Shown: positions 47,471 through 64,000, counted from the stretch's first letter. The stretch: DNA of 64,000 nucleotides from the human T2T-CHM13v2.0 reference genome, Homo sapiens (GCF_009914755.1 NC_060925.1); one strand, 5' to 3'. Translations and numbers: made by a program. The notes: generated by a model not told the origin, from the letters alone.

Positions 47471-47728
47471 TCAGGAGCCCATTGTTCTAGCAGAGGCTCT
47501 CACAGAACAGAGGAGCGACCTCAGGCAAGCCATGAACTTTCCCTAGTGTCAGAATCTCATTTGTGAAGTGAAGGAACTGGTTTGGATGGTACTATTTCCC
47601 AATGGCTGGCTCACTTGTCAAAAAGAAGAACTTTCCTGAATAATTGGCAACTGAGAAAGCAAAGTTGTAAAAGGTTTATTATCATAACAGTTTTAATTCA
47701 GATATGACAGTGTTATAATAGAAATACA

Positions 47729-48045
47729 GGCCAGATAGAGTGGCTCACACCTGTAATCCCAGCACTTTGGGAAGTCAAGGTGGGCAGATCCCTTGAGCCC
47801 AGGAGTTTGAAACCAACCTGGGCAACAGAGCAAGACCTTGTCTCTACAAGGACTAAAAAAATTAGCCAGGCATGACGGTGCATGCCTATAGTCCCAGCTA
47901 TATGCACGTTATAGGCTGAGGCGGGAGGATCACTTCAGCCCAGAAGGTCGAGGCTGCAGTAAGCTATGATTGTGTCACTGCACTCTAGCCTGAGCAACAG
48001 AGAAAGACCTTGTCTCAAAAATTAAAAAAGAAAAAGAAAAAGAAA
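47729..48045 (+). mobile_element. AluJ-like
   Basis: Alu consensus; TSD agaaatac. Confidence 0.9.
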
Positions 48046-48262
48046 AAGAAATACTATGAGAAAATTGTCTGTATTAGAAGATATTAAGTTGAGATATTCA
48101 TATTTGCCTATACTCAGATATTGCATTGTCAAATACAGTTTTTGTATAGTAAGAATCAAAGACTGGCAACTGTGTATGGCTAGGTGGATTATCTTGGTTT
48201 TGGGGCCTGGGGACCAGAAATTTACTTTTTAAACAGGTTTTTAAAAAAAATTTAGACACTTT

Positions 48263-48545
48263 GGCTGGGTGAGATGGCTCACGCCTGTAATTACAGCACT
48301 TTGGGAGGCTGAGGTGGGTGGACCACCTGAGCTCAAGAGTTTTAGATCAGCCTGGCCAACACGGCAAAACTCCGATTCTACTAAAAATACAAAAATTAGC
48401 CAGGTGTGGTGGCGTGCACCTGTAATCCCAGCTATTCAGGAGGCTGAGGCAGGAGGATCATTTGAGCCCAGGAGGTCGAGGCTGCAGAGCTGACATGGCA
48501 CCACTGCACTCTAGCCTGGGTGACAGAGGGAGACCCCCTCAAAAG
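48263..48545 (+). mobile_element. Alu (J/S-like)
   Basis: Alu consensus. Confidence 0.9.
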
Positions 48546-48729
48546 AAACCCCTTACCCATTAGTTGTCATTCACATTTTTTCCCAATTCCCTAGTCGTAA
48601 GCAAAAACAAACCTTTCTGTTTCTATAGATTTGCATATGTTGGACATTTTATATAAGTTAAAAATATACAGTAATATAACACAAATATTCCCCCTATTTT
48701 CCTCTAGTATTTTAAAAACTTCTTTTAAA

Positions 48730-50324
<1,595 letters not shown>

Positions 50325-51022
50325 TTAATTTTTACACTAAATATTTATCTCATTTGGCATCTATTTTGAAAAAAGACATGAGTAGGCATGTGTAATTAAT
50401 ATACATGCTTAAATCTGTTTCTAGTCTTTCTGTTCTCTTCATTGATGTGTCCTCTATCCAGTAGCACTATGGTATTATTTATTTTATTTCATTTGTTTTT
50501 GTCTCACAGTGTAACTTCATTTACATAGATAAAACTATGCTATGCCATTGAAGGACGCACACACATATGTTAAAAGTGGAAACTAATGGAAGAAAATATT
50601 AATCACAAAATTCAGGACAGTAGTCACTTCTTAGAGTGATGGTGAGGTTGTAAATTAGGAGGCGCCATGGCTTGCTACTGGGGTGCTACTAAAGTTTTAT
50701 TTACTAACCTGGGGGAGGTTACTCAGAGGCTCACCTTAAAATAGCTTTTTACACTCCACATATGTTTTTCTAAAAAATTATTACTATATAATATAATATT
50801 TGTCCATTTTTATGGGGTACATGTAGTATTTTGTTATATGTATAAAATGTGTAATGATCAAGTTAGGGTATTTAGGGTATCCATCATCCATAGAAATTTA
50901 TCATTTCTATGTGTTGGGAACATTTCAAGTCTTCCATTCCAGTTATTTTGAAATATCCAACACACTGTTGTTATCTATAGTCACCTTACACTAATTGGAA
51001 CTTATTCCTTCTATCTAACTGA

Positions 51023-51214
<192 letters not shown>

Positions 51215-53311
51215 TGAGTAGCTGGGACTAGAGGCACCTGCCACCACACCAGCTAATTTTTTTGTGTGTGTTTTTAGTAGAGATGGGGTTTCACCATATT
51301 GGCCAGACTGGTCTTGAACTCCTGACCTTGTGATCTGCCCACCTCAGCCTCCAAAAGTGCTGGGATTACAGATGTGAGCCACTGTGCCTGGCCTCTGGTA
51401 ACTATTATTCAATACTCTGGTAATTATTATTCTACTCTCTGCTTCCGTGAGATCAACTCTTTTAGCTCCCACATGAGTGAGAACATGCAATATTTGTTTT
51501 TCTGTGCCTGGCTTATTTCACTTAACATAATGACCTTTAGTCCCATCCATGTTGTTACTGCCAATGACATGATTTCATTCTTTTTTAACTTCTGCAATAA
51601 ACATGGGGGTGCAGGTAACCCTTTGGTATACTGATTTCCTTTCCTTTGGATAAATACCCAGTAGAGGGATTGCTGAATTGTATTGTATGGTAGTTCTGTT
51701 TCTGTTTTTTGAGAAATCTCCATACTGTTTTCCATAATGGCTGTACTAATTTACATTCCCACTAACACTGTATAGTAGTTCCTTTTTCCCCGCATTCTTG
51801 CCAGCATCTGTTATTTTTTTGTTTTTAAAATAATAGCCATTCTAACTGGGGTGAGATAATATCTCATTATGGTTTTGATTTGCATTCCCTTGATGATTAG
51901 TGGAATTGTGCATTTTCATGTACTTCCTGGCCATTTGTATTCTTCTTTTCAAAGATTTCTGTTCATGTACTTTGCCTGCTTTTTAACGGTATTACTAGGG
52001 TTTTGTTTTGGTTTTTTTTTTTTTTTTGCTTTTGAGTCATTTGAGTTCCTTGTTTATTCTTGATATTAGTTCCTTATCAAATATTAGTTCCAGTAGTTTG
52101 CAAATATTTTCTCCCATTTTGGGTCTCTTTACTCTGTTGATTGTTTCCTTTGCTTTTTACCTTAATATAGTCCCATTTATCTGTTTTTAGTTTTGTTGCA
52201 TGCCTTTTGAGGACTTAGCCATAAAATCTTTGCCCAGACCAGTGTTCTGTAGGGTTTCCCTTATGTTTTCTTTATAGTAATTTCATAATTTTGGGTCTTA
52301 CATTTAGGTCTTTAATTCACTTTCAGTTGATTTTTGCATATGGTGAGAGGTAGAGGTCTAGTTTAATTCTTCTCCAAATGAATATTCAGTTTTCCCAGCA
52401 CAATTTATTGAAGAGGGTATCCATTCCTTAATGTGTGGTCTTGGTGCTTTGTGAAAAATTCATTGGCTATAAATATGTGGATTTACATCTGGGTTCTCTA
52501 TTCTGTTCCATTGGTCTATGTGCCTATTTTTACACCAATACCATGCTGTTTGGTTACAATAGGATTGTAATATATTTTGAACTCAGGCAGTGTGATGCCT
52601 CCAACTTTGTTATTTTTGCTCAGGATTGCTTTGACTATTCAGGCTCTTTTTTTGTTCCATACAAATTTTGGAATTGTTTTTTTCTGTTTCTGTGAAAAAT
52701 GACATTGGTATTTTGATAGAGATTGCATTAAATCTGTAGATTGCCTTGGGCAGTATGGTTATTTTAACCATATTAAGTGTTCTGATCCATGATCATGAGA
52801 TATCTTTCCATTTGTTTGTGTCATTGTCAATTGATTTCATCAATGTTTTGTAGAGTTTGTTCACTTCTTTGGTTAAATGTATGCCTAGCTATTTTATTTT
52901 ATTTTTTTTTTTGTAGTTACTGTAAATGGAATTGTTTTCTTGCTTTCTTTTTCAGCTATTTCATTATTGGTGTATAGGAACAATATTGATTTTTGTCTGT
53001 TGATTTTGTATCTTTTCTATAACTTTACTGAATTTGTTTATGAGATCTAAGAGTTTTTTGGTGGAGTCCTTAGGGTTTTTTAGACATAAGATTATGTTAT
53101 TTGTAAAGAGGGGCAATTTGAATTCTTCTTTTCCAATTTGGATGCCACTTGTTTCTTTCTCTTGCCCAGTTGCTCTGGCTAGCACTTCTAATACTATTTT
53201 AAATAGGAGCAGTGAAAGTGGGCATCCTTGTCATGTTTCAGTTCTTAGAGGAAGGTCTCTCAGCTTTTCCTCATTTACTGTTATATTAGCTGTGAATTTC
53301 TCATTTATTAT

Positions 53312-55657
53312 TGTATTAGTCCATTTTCACACTGCTATAAAGAATACCTGAGACTAAGTAATTTATAAAGAAAAGAGGTTTAACTGACTCACAGTTCTGC
53401 ATGGCCGGGGAGGTCTCAGGAAACTTACAATCATGGTGAAAGGTGAAGGGAAAGCAAGGCACATCTTACATGGTGGCAGAGGAGGGAGAGGGCAAGGGGT
53501 GAATTGCCAAACACTTTTAAACCAATAGATCTCATGATAACTCACTCACTATCATGAGAACTGCATGGGGGAAACTGCACCCATGATCCAATCACTTCTC
53601 ACCAAGTCCCTCCCTTGATAAGTGGGGATTACAATTTGAGATGAGATTTGAGTAGGGGCACAAAGCCAAACCATATCATTCTGCCCCAGGCCTCTCCCAA
53701 GTATCATGTCCTTCTCACATCTCAAAACATAATCATGTCTTCCCAACAGTCTCCCAAAGTCTTAACTCATTCCAGCATTAACCCAAAAGCCCAAGTCCAA
53801 AGTCTCATTTGAGACAAGGCAAGTCCCTGCTGCCTGTGAGCCTGTAAAATAAAAAAAAAGTTTTTCCTTCCAAGATACAATGGGGGTACAGGCATTGGGT
53901 AAATATTCCTGTTCTAAATGGGAGAAATTGGCCAAAACAAAGGGACCATACCCCATGCAAGTCCAAAACCCGGCAGGGTGCTCATTAAATCTTAAAGCTA
54001 TAATCTCCTTTCACTCCGAGTCTCACACCCAGGCACATTGATGCAATGGGTGGGCTCCCAAGGCCTTGGGCAGCTCCACCCTTGTGGTTCTGCAGGGTAC
54101 ATCCCCCATGGATACTTTCAGGGGCTGGTATTGAGTGCCTGAGGCTTTTCCAGGTACATGGATGAGCTGTCAGATCTACCATTCTGGGGTCTGGAGGATG
54201 GTGGCCCTCTCCTCACAGTTCCACTAGGCAGTGCCCCAGTTGGGACTCTGTGGGGGTGCTCCAACCACACATTTCCCCTGTGCATTGCCCTGTTAGAGGG
54301 TCTTCATGAGGGCTCTGACCCTGCAGCAGACTTCTGCCTGGACAACCAGGTGTTTCCATATATTCTTTGAAATCTAGGTGGAGGCTGGCATGCCTCAACT
54401 CTTGTCTTCTGTGCACCTGCAGGACCAACACCATGTGGAAGCCATCAAGGCTTGGGGATTGCACCCTCTGAAACCATGGCCTGAGCTGTACCTTGGCTCC
54501 TTTTAGCCATGGCTGGAGCTGAAGTGGCTAGGACTCAGGGCACCAAGTCCTAAGTCTTCACAGAGCAGTTGGGCCCTGGGTCCAGCCCACTAAACCATTT
54601 TTCCCTCCTAGGCCTCCAGACCTATGATGGGAAGGGCTGCTATGAAGATCTCTGACATAGCCCTGGAGACATTTTCCCCATTGTCTTAGCTATTAATATT
54701 CAGCTCCTCATTACTTATGCAAATTTCTTCAGCTAGCTTGAATTCCTCCCTAGAAAATGGGTTTTTCTTTTCTACCTCATGGTCAGGCTGCAAATTTTCC
54801 AAACTTTCATGCTTTGTGTCCCTTTTAAATAGAAGTTCCAGTTTCAGATAATCTCTTCATAAACACATATGACTGAACAATTTCAGAATCAGCCAGGTCA
54901 CCTCTTGAATGCTTTGCTCCTTAGACATTTCTTCTGCCAGATACCCTAAATCATCTCTCTCAAGTTCAAAGTTCTATAGATCTCCAGGACAGGGACAAAA
55001 TGCCACCAGTCTCTTTGCTAAAGCATAGCAAGGTGACCTTTACTCCCATTCCCAATAAGTTCCTCATCTCCAAGACCACCTCAGCCTGGACTTCATTGTC
55101 CATATCACTATCAGCATTTTGGTCAAAACCATTCAATAAGTCCCTAGGAAGTCTCAAACTTTCCCACATCTTCCTGTCTTCTTCTGAGCCCTCCAAACTG
55201 TTCCAACCTCTGCCCATTATCCAGTTCCAAAGTCATTTCCACATTTTCAGTTCTCTTTATTTCTGTACCCATCTCTCAGTACCAATTTTCTATATTAGTC
55301 CATTTTCACACTGCCATAAAGAATAGCTGAGACTGGGTAATTTATAAAGAAAAGAAGTTTAATTAGCTCACATTTCTGCATGGCTGGGGAGGCCTCAGGA
55401 AACTTACAATCATGGGGGAAGGTGAAGGGGAAGCAAGGCACATCTTACATGGTGGCAGGAGAGAGAGAGAGCAAGGGGGGAACTGCCAAACACTTTTAAA
55501 CCATCAGATCTCATGATAACACATTCATTATCATGAGAACAGCATGGAGCAAATTGCCCCCATGATCCAATCACTTCCTACCAGGTACCTCCCTCGATAC
55601 GTGGGGATTACAATTTGAGTTGAGATTTGAGTGGGGACACAAGGCCAAACCATATCA
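53312..55657 (-). mobile_element. Complete MSTA-type MaLR provirus: LTR 53312-53678, internal 53679-55290, LTR 55291-55657
   Basis: two direct ~367-bp LTRs (TGATATGGTTTGG...CTAAT(A/G)) around a 1.6-kb MaLR internal region. Confidence 0.95.
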
Positions 55658-55945
55658 TTAATGTTGAGGTATATTCCTTCTATGCCTAGTTTGTTGAGAG
55701 TTTTTATCATGAAGGGATATTGGATTTTGTCAAGTGCTCTTTTTTTTTTGCATCTGTTGAGACAATCATAGTTTTTGTCCTTCATTCTGTTGATATGATG
55801 TAATTACATTTATTGATTTGCATATGTTGTACTATTCTTGCATCCCTGGGATAAATCCCACTTGACTGTGGGGTATAATATCTTTTGATGTACAATTTGC
55901 TAGTATTTTTTTGAAAATTTTTGATCAATGTTCATCAGGGACATT

Positions 55946-57034
55946 TATTGGGCAAAATTCAGCCCCGATATTTCATGTAGGTTATTTTCTATTTTCCCTA
56001 AGTGTCGGCCGGTCTGAGAAATAAAGGGAAAGAGTACAAAAGAGAGAAATTTTAAAGCTGGGTGTCCAGGGGAGACATCACATGTCGGCATGTTCTGTGA
56101 TGCCCCTTGAGCCGTAAAACCAGCAAGTTTTTATTAGTGGTTTTCAAAAGGGGAGGGAGTGTACGATTAGGGTGTGGGTCACAGAGATCACATGCTTCAC
56201 AAAGTAATAAGATATCACAAGGTAAATTGAGGCAGGGAGAGATCACAGGACCACAGGACTGGGGTGAAATTAAAATTGCTAATGAAGTTTCGGGCACGCA
56301 TTGTCATTGATAACATCTTATCAGGAGACAGGGTTTGAGAGCAGACAACCGGTCTGACTAAAATTTATTAGGCAGGAATTTCCTCGTCCTAATAAGCCTG
56401 GGAGCGCTACGGGAGACTAGGGCTTATTTCATCCCTCCACTACGACCGTAAAAGACAGCCGTCCCCAAAGTGGCCATTTCAGAGGCCTCCCCTCAGGGGC
56501 GTATTCTCTTTCTCAGGGATGTTCCTTGCTGAGAAAAAGAATTCAGCGATATTTCTCCCATTTGCTTTTGAAAGAAGAGAAATATGGCTCTGTTCCACCC
56601 GGCTCACCAGCAGTCACAGTTTAAGGTTATCTCCCTTGTTCCCTGAACATTGCTTTTATCCTGTTCTTTTTTCAAGGTGCCCAGATTTCATATTGTTCAA
56701 ACACACATGCTCTACAAACAATTTGTGCAGTTAACGCAATCATCACAGGGTCCTGAGGCGACATACATCCTCCTCAGCTTACAAAGATGATGGGTTTAAG
56801 AGATTAAAGTAAAGACAGGCATAGGAAATCACAGGGGTATTGATTGGGGAAGTGATAAGCGTCCATGAAATCTTCACAATTTATGTTCAGAGATTGCAGT
56901 AAAGACAGGCATAAGAAATTATAAAAGTATTAATTTGGGGAACTAATAAATGTCCGTGAAATCTTCACAATTTATGTTCTTCTGCCATGGCTTCAGCTGG
57001 TCCCTCCATTCGGGGTCCCTGACTTCCTGCAATA
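55946..57034 (-). mobile_element. Solo MER11 LTR (HERV-K11/HML-8)
   Basis: begins TATTGCAGGAAGTCAGGGACCCCGAATGGAGGGA on -; 6-bp TSD ga(c/t)att; internal duplicated block gaaatcttcacaatttatgttc. Confidence 0.93.
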
Positions 57035-57691
57035 GATATTGGCCTCTGGTTTTCTTTTTTTGTTGTGTCTTTGTCTGGTTTTGGTGTCAGGTTGATGCTG
57101 GCCTCCTAGAATGAGTTAGAGAGAATTCCTTCCTCTTTAATTTTTTTGAATAGTTTGAGGACAATAGGTGTTAGGTCTTTATAAATTTGGTAGAATTTGG
57201 CAATGAAGCCTTCAGATCCTGGGCTTTTCTTTGTTGGGAGTCTTTTTATTATGGATTCAACCTTGTTACTCATTATTGGTCTGTTCAGGTTTTCTATTTC
57301 TTTCTAATTCAATCTTGGTAGGTTGTATATGTCTAGTAATTTATCGATTTCCTCTAGTTTTTCTAATTTGTTAGCATATAGTTGTTCACAATAGTCTCTG
57401 ATGATCTTTTATATTTATATGTTATCAGTTGTTATGTCTCTTTTTTCATTTCTGATTTTGTTTATTTGGATCTTCTCTCTTTTTTCTTGGCTAGTCTAGC
57501 TACTGGCTTATCAATTTTATCTTTTTAAAAAACCCAGCTTTTTGTGTCACTAATTCTTTGTGCTTTTTAAGTCTCTATTTTATTTCTACTCTGATCTTTA
57601 TTATTTCTTTTACTAATTTTGGGTTTGGCATGTTCTTGCTTTTCTAATTCCTTTAGGTATATTGTTAGATTGCTTATATGAAATCTTTTTA

Positions 57692-58135
<444 letters not shown>

Positions 58136-58752
58136 CTAATTTATTCACTGAGCCAATGGTCATTCAGGAGCATGTTGCTGAGTTTCCATGTATTTGTATA
58201 GTTTCCAAAATTCTTCTTTTTATTGATTTCTAGTTTTGTTCCATTGTGTTCTGAGAATATTCTTGGTATAATTTCAATTTTTTAAAAATGTATTGAGACT
58301 TGTTTTGTGGCCTAACACATAGCCTATCCTGAAGAATGTGCCATGTGCTGATGAGAAGAATGTATGTCCTGCGGCTGTTGGATAAAATGTTCTTTAGATG
58401 TCTTTTAGGTCTATTTGGTCTAAAGTGCAGTTTAAATCTAAAGTCTTTTTGTTGATTTTCTGTCTAGATGATCTGTCCAGTGCTGACAATGAGGTGTTGA
58501 AGTCCGCAGCTTTTATTGTTTTGGAGTCTATCACTCTCCTCAGGTCTAATATTTGCTTTATATATCTGGGTGCTCTGGTGGTGGCTACATAAATATTTAG
58601 AATAGTTTTTTTTTTTTGCAAAATTGATCCCTTTATCCTTATATAATGACCTTCTTTGTCTCTTTTTACTGTTTTTGACTTAAAGTCTGTTTTATCTGAT
58701 ATAACTATTCCTGCTTGCTTTTGGTTTGTGTGGAATCTGTCTAGTTCTTTAA

Positions 58753-58962
<210 letters not shown>

Positions 58963-59174
58963 TAGGTGGGTCACATTTTTTATATCCATTTAGTAGTCTA
59001 TCCTTTATGTGGAAAATGTAATCTGTTTACATTCAAGGTTATTATTGATATGTGAGGACTTAATTCTATCACTTTGTTCATTGTTTTCTGGTTATTTTGC
59101 ATATCCTGTGTTTCTTTCTTTCTCTCTTGTTTATCATTGAAGTTTGGTGGTTTTCTGTAGTGATAAAATTTTGA

Positions 59175-59454
<280 letters not shown>

Positions 59455-60518
59455 TAGCCAGGATGGTCTCGATCTCCTGACCTTGTGATCCACCCGCCTC
59501 GGCCTCCCAAAGTGCTGGGATTATAGGTGTGAGCCACCACACCTGGCCTTTGGTGTGTTTTCATGATGGTACTTATGGTTTGAGTTTTGTTTTTGTTTTT
59601 GCTTACAGGTATAGGACTCCCTTAACCATTTCTTGCAGGTTTGGCCTAGTGGTCATATGGTTGTTGTTGTTGTTGTTTTCTGGGAAAGACTTTATTTCTC
59701 CTTCATTTATGAAATGTAACTTGGCTAGGTATAGCAAAGTTTTTTGTGTTGTTGTTGTTGTTTTGGCTTGGCTGAAGGTTCCTTTTTTCTTTCAGCACTT
59801 TGAATATATCAACCCATTGTCTCCTGGCCTGTAAGGTTTCTGCTGAGAAATCTACTGTTAGTCTAATGGGGATTTCCTTATATGTGACTAAATGCTTTTC
59901 TCTTGCTGTTTTTAGAATTCTCTCTGCCTTTGAATTTTGGTGGTTTGATCATAATGAGCCATGAAGAAGACCTTTTTAGATTGTATCTATTTGGGGATCT
60001 CTCAGCTTCCTGTATCTGGATGTTTAAGTCTCTTGCTAGACTTCAGAAGTTTTCAGTTATAATTTCATTAGAAAGGTTTTTTATGCCTTTAGTCTTCTCT
60101 TTACCTTTTGGATTACTCAAAATTTGTATATCTGGTCGCTTTATGGTGTCCTATATGTCATGTAGATTTTGTTCATTTTAAAAAATTAGTTTTTGTCTGA
60201 ATGGGTTATTTCAAAAGACCTGTCTTGAAGTTCTGAGATTCTTTCTTCTGCTTGCTCTAGTCTATTGTTGAAGCTGTGGAAGGAATTTTTTATTTCATTC
60301 ATTAAATTCTTCAGTTCCAGGATTTCTGTTTGGTTCTTTTTTATGATATCTATCTCTCTGGTGAATTTCTCATTCAATTCTGAATTGTTTTTCTGATTTT
60401 TTTGTATTGTTTATGTTCTCTTGTATCTCACTGAACTTCTTTAATATCATTATTTTGAATTATGTTTCTCGTGTTTTATAAATTGCTTTTTCATTGGAAT
60501 CTGTTATTGGAGAATTAT

Positions 60519-61763
60519 TGGTGGTGCCATGTTTCCTTGTTTTTTTTTCATGTTTCCTGTGTTCTCATGTTGATATTTGCCCATCTTGTGTAACAGTAGC
60601 TTCTTCCAATTTTTTGGATTGACCTTCATTGGGGACACATCCCAAAGATGTGTCTATGGTATTGGTTAAGTGGGACACTTTAGCTTTGCTTCTGGATACA
60701 TGAAGTAGTGTAGTCTTCATGTGATTTCTTCAGCTGTAAACAGTGTCAGTGGTGTCTGTGATTTCCTCAGTGGCTTAGAGTGTGGTTATTCATGGAGGCA
60801 GTGATAAGGTTTTGCTGGGGACAAACCTGAGGACCTGGGATACCAGGTAGGCTGGTCCTTAGGCTCCAGTCATGGCAGTGGCTGGCTGAGCATGCCTGTC
60901 CTTGGGTCCCTGGGGAGTATACACCGGCACTAGTGTTAACAGGTCTCAACAGGCCAATTCTTGGGCCTCCAGATGGCTTGCTTGGGTGATGGCAATGGCA
61001 GTGGGAGGCCAGGCAGGTTCATGGATCCTCTGGGCAGTGTGCATGGTGTGGGTGATGGCAGTAGCAGTGATGGCAGTAGCTGCTTGGGCTCCAAAGCAAC
61101 ATGTGTTGGTGTTTGCAGTGGCTGCAGCAGGCTGGATGGGCCAGTCTCCAACCCCTCAGGTAGTATATGCAGTGGGTGCTGGCTGTGGTGGTAGTGGCAA
61201 GTTGGGTGGGCCTATCCTCAGGCCCCCAGGAAGAATGCACAGATGCCAGTGGTGGTCAACAGGCCCCCAGGCAGTGTGCTCGGGTACGGGGGTGCATGTG
61301 GTACCAAGCCAGGTGGGACTGTCCTCAGGCTCCCTGCTGGTATGCTCAGGTGCTGGCTGTGATGAGTAGGGTGGGGTGATCCCCACACACCCCCTCCCTT
61401 GCTAGAAGATGCACATACATGTTTTACTTACTCTTTCTGGAAAGATGATATGTTTAATAATTTAAGAATATTTTTAGAAGTTCTTACTGTCCTATGAGTA
61501 CCCTTTAAGTATGTATGTAGGGAAAATTTCTTAAAAAGCCAAAGGTATGGATCCTTAAACTTAGAAAGTTTCAGTGCCATCAATATAAATGTTATGCTGT
61601 GCTGAGCATTCACAGTTCACAGAAGCAGAAGGTCTATGAGGGTGTTTGTTCAAAATCTTCAAGCCATAGCTTGCAACTTCCTCTCCTCTGTTACACCAGA
61701 TGGGCAAATATCAACATGAGGACACAGGAAACATGAAAAAAACAAGGAAACATGGCACCACCA
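60519..61763. repeat. Inverted repeat, ~77-bp arms (60519-60596 and 61688-61763)
   Basis: 61688-61763 is the reverse complement of 60519-60596 with 2 substitutions and an A-run length change. Confidence 0.93.
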
Positions 61764-64000
61764 CAACACATTCAGTCTTTCAAGTCAGGCCTTCACAATG
61801 TCCCTTCCATACTTCCTTTCTGCTCTTTCTAATGCCCACATTCCAATTTAGGTAGGCACTGCCTTGTGCTTGGATCTTGCCACCCCTTCTGCCTGGCCTG
61901 AGAAGCTTTTTCTGACCTGTCTTGACCATGCTTACTACCAAATGTAAATGCCATTAATACTGCAAATGTTTAGTAGTAGAGCTATCATCAAATGTTCCTC
62001 AATACAGCTTGTGATCTAGTAAGTCACTTTTAGGAAATCTCACTACCTCTTGGGTAGAATCCAAATTCTTGGTAGCCCTGCACTCATGGCCCCAGCCTGC
62101 CTTCTTCCTCACCTCCTCTGACTCCTGACTCATGCCCTACATTTAAGGCAATTGGACCTTGTGGCTTTGCCCCTTCTGTGCCACATTTTCCAGCCTCCAT
62201 GACTTTGCTCTCCTATCTCAACATCCAAAGCAGCCCAAACTACAAGGCGTGTCTAACATGCTCTCTTCTTCATGAAGCCACCCTTGCCTCTGTTCTGCTC
62301 TGCCCCTCTCATGACCTGATTCTTTTCTGCCCTAGCTTATGATTGGTTGGCAGTCCTGTCTAGCAGTTTGTCTTGACTCCCACCCTTCCTATGCTCCGTG
62401 TCTTTTCCTGCTCAGAATCCCTTCTGGGATTGCCCATGACCTCAGTTAAAGTCCAACAGGGGGGAAGGCCCTCACACCCCTCCAGTCTGGTCTCAAGTCA
62501 TCCCCATGTGTAAACTCTGTGCTCCATCCAAAGGCTTCTCTTCTTTGTGTTTTGAAACTCCCAGTGGTTTCCATGGCCATGTCTTGAGTCCATTCTCTCT
62601 CTCCCTCTTTGCTGGCCTCTCCTTTATTTGCTTATAGAAACCCAGCTCTCCCTTTTACACTAAATTTAGATGGCAGCACTCTTTTGTGAAATGTTTCTTC
62701 ATTATCCTGGTTAAACATTATATATCCCACCTGTGAACTGTTGTGACATTTAGCTTCTGTTGACATTTGTTACATATTTCTGTAAATTGTCATTATTTTT
62801 GTATTTTGCTTACCTAATCAATTAGTAATCTGCTCCTGGAGTTGATGTGCTATTTCTTAGACTTATATTTTTAACATCTGGTTTTGAGTGTTGTGTTTCA
62901 GTGCCATAGATTGCTTGGTGAAGATGTGTTGATTGAATTCAACTGTGAATAATCACAGGATTCCCTGGCTTAGGCAGCTATACATTTACCTTCTTCATAT
63001 CTTACTTTTCTTGCTTGCAAAATTGTGCTAATTTTATTCTGTAAAAGAATGGCATGGAACTAAATTGGACAGACCCTCTATATTTTTTCAATGTGGCATA
63101 TTTTTATTGTTGCTTAAAATAAATTTGCTTCCTAGCTTAGATGCAATAGAGGAAGCCAGTTTCTCGGGTGTTGCTGCAATCCCCAGCTAACTTGTGGTAA
63201 AAGCTGATAGGGTTTGGATTCTACTAGATAGATTGGAGAAAAAGAAAACAACAAACACACAATTTCAGTACATTCTACTTAGTAAAGCCCTCAGAGTAGA
63301 AGCCTAAAACAAGCTCTGTACACAACAGGGGAATCAGGCTGAGGCTTTTCCTTGGGAAGTTAAAGCTGTGACACAGACTCAGCCCTGTGCTGCTGGGATC
63401 TCCACCTGGAGCTCCCATTAGCACCTTCAACTCTTGACAGCTAAGATGGGCTCCTTATTTTCCCTCCCAAACGTTTTTTTTTTTTTTTTTTTTAATCTTG
63501 GTTGGTGATACCACCTGGCAGTTTCTGGGAGCCATGGGAACCAGGGAAGGCTTTATCCCTCCTGCTCCCCACGCTGATTTTTCTTCTGAAAACCATCATT
63601 TTCAACCATCACAGAAGCCTCCTCATGCCATGGATTTCTACAGTGCCACCTTGGTGATCTCTCTAAACTACAAATGAATATCTTTTGCCTCGTTTGAAAG
63701 CTGTTTCTGTTTTCTATGAACAAGATGCCCCACTTCCCCTGTCTTCCTGGTGACAAGCTCATCCTTGGAAACGCTACATAGATGTCTTTTCTTCTGGGCT
63801 GTTTGATTCTCCCAGTGACTCAATCTGTCTCCCTCCTCCCTCTGGTTGCGTAGCTACCCTAAAGGTCCATTAAGTTAAGGGCTTCCCATCTGTCTTCTGT
63901 ACTGGGTGGTGAGTGCTGGGATAGTGGTGGTAGTGGGTTGGTGTTTGCTAACTCTGTCCAGCATGCTGCCTAGCAGCTAATAACAGAAGCTCAGTTAATA

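Noticed and set aside
60760-61390. GC-richer stretch with several ORFs, possible exon or promoter
   Set aside because: CpG-depleted and positioned as the 5' region of the old L1M; no recognisable protein

Overview
Human (primate) nuclear DNA covering the 5' part of GCLM (glutamate-cysteine ligase modifier subunit) and about 50 kb upstream. GCLM is on the minus strand: coding exons 1-5 (codons 1-180) are in the window, with a CpG-island promoter and its NRF2 ARE; the remaining exons lie off the left edge. Upstream are a full-length but dead L1PA (15.0-21.0 kb) and a large, very old nuclear copy of mitochondrial DNA (NUMT, ~24.35-42.04 kb). The NUMT is colinear with the mt genome in reverse: ND5-L-S-H-ND4-ND4L-R-ND3-G-COX3-ATP6-ATP8-K-COX2-D-S-COX1-Y-C-OL-N-A-W-ND2-[gap]-16S. 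Its fossil proteins look pre-simian rather than human (e.g. COX2 [12 protein letters not shown]8 LDTSTWFIT). It is interrupted by Alus/FLAMs, an MST LTR, an L1PB, a Tigger1 and a CHCHD2 processed pseudogene inserted inside ND5 with a target-site duplication. The right third is nested repeats: a twin-primed inverted L1PA, an old L1M carrying a full MSTA provirus and a solo MER11 LTR, and a short inverted templated duplication. I find no well-supported new functional system; the best candidates are the NUMT/CHCHD2 fossil stack, its humanin-like ORF, and repeat-driven effects on GCLM splicing and transcription. Repeat subfamily names and reference protein comparisons are from memory, not from a search.
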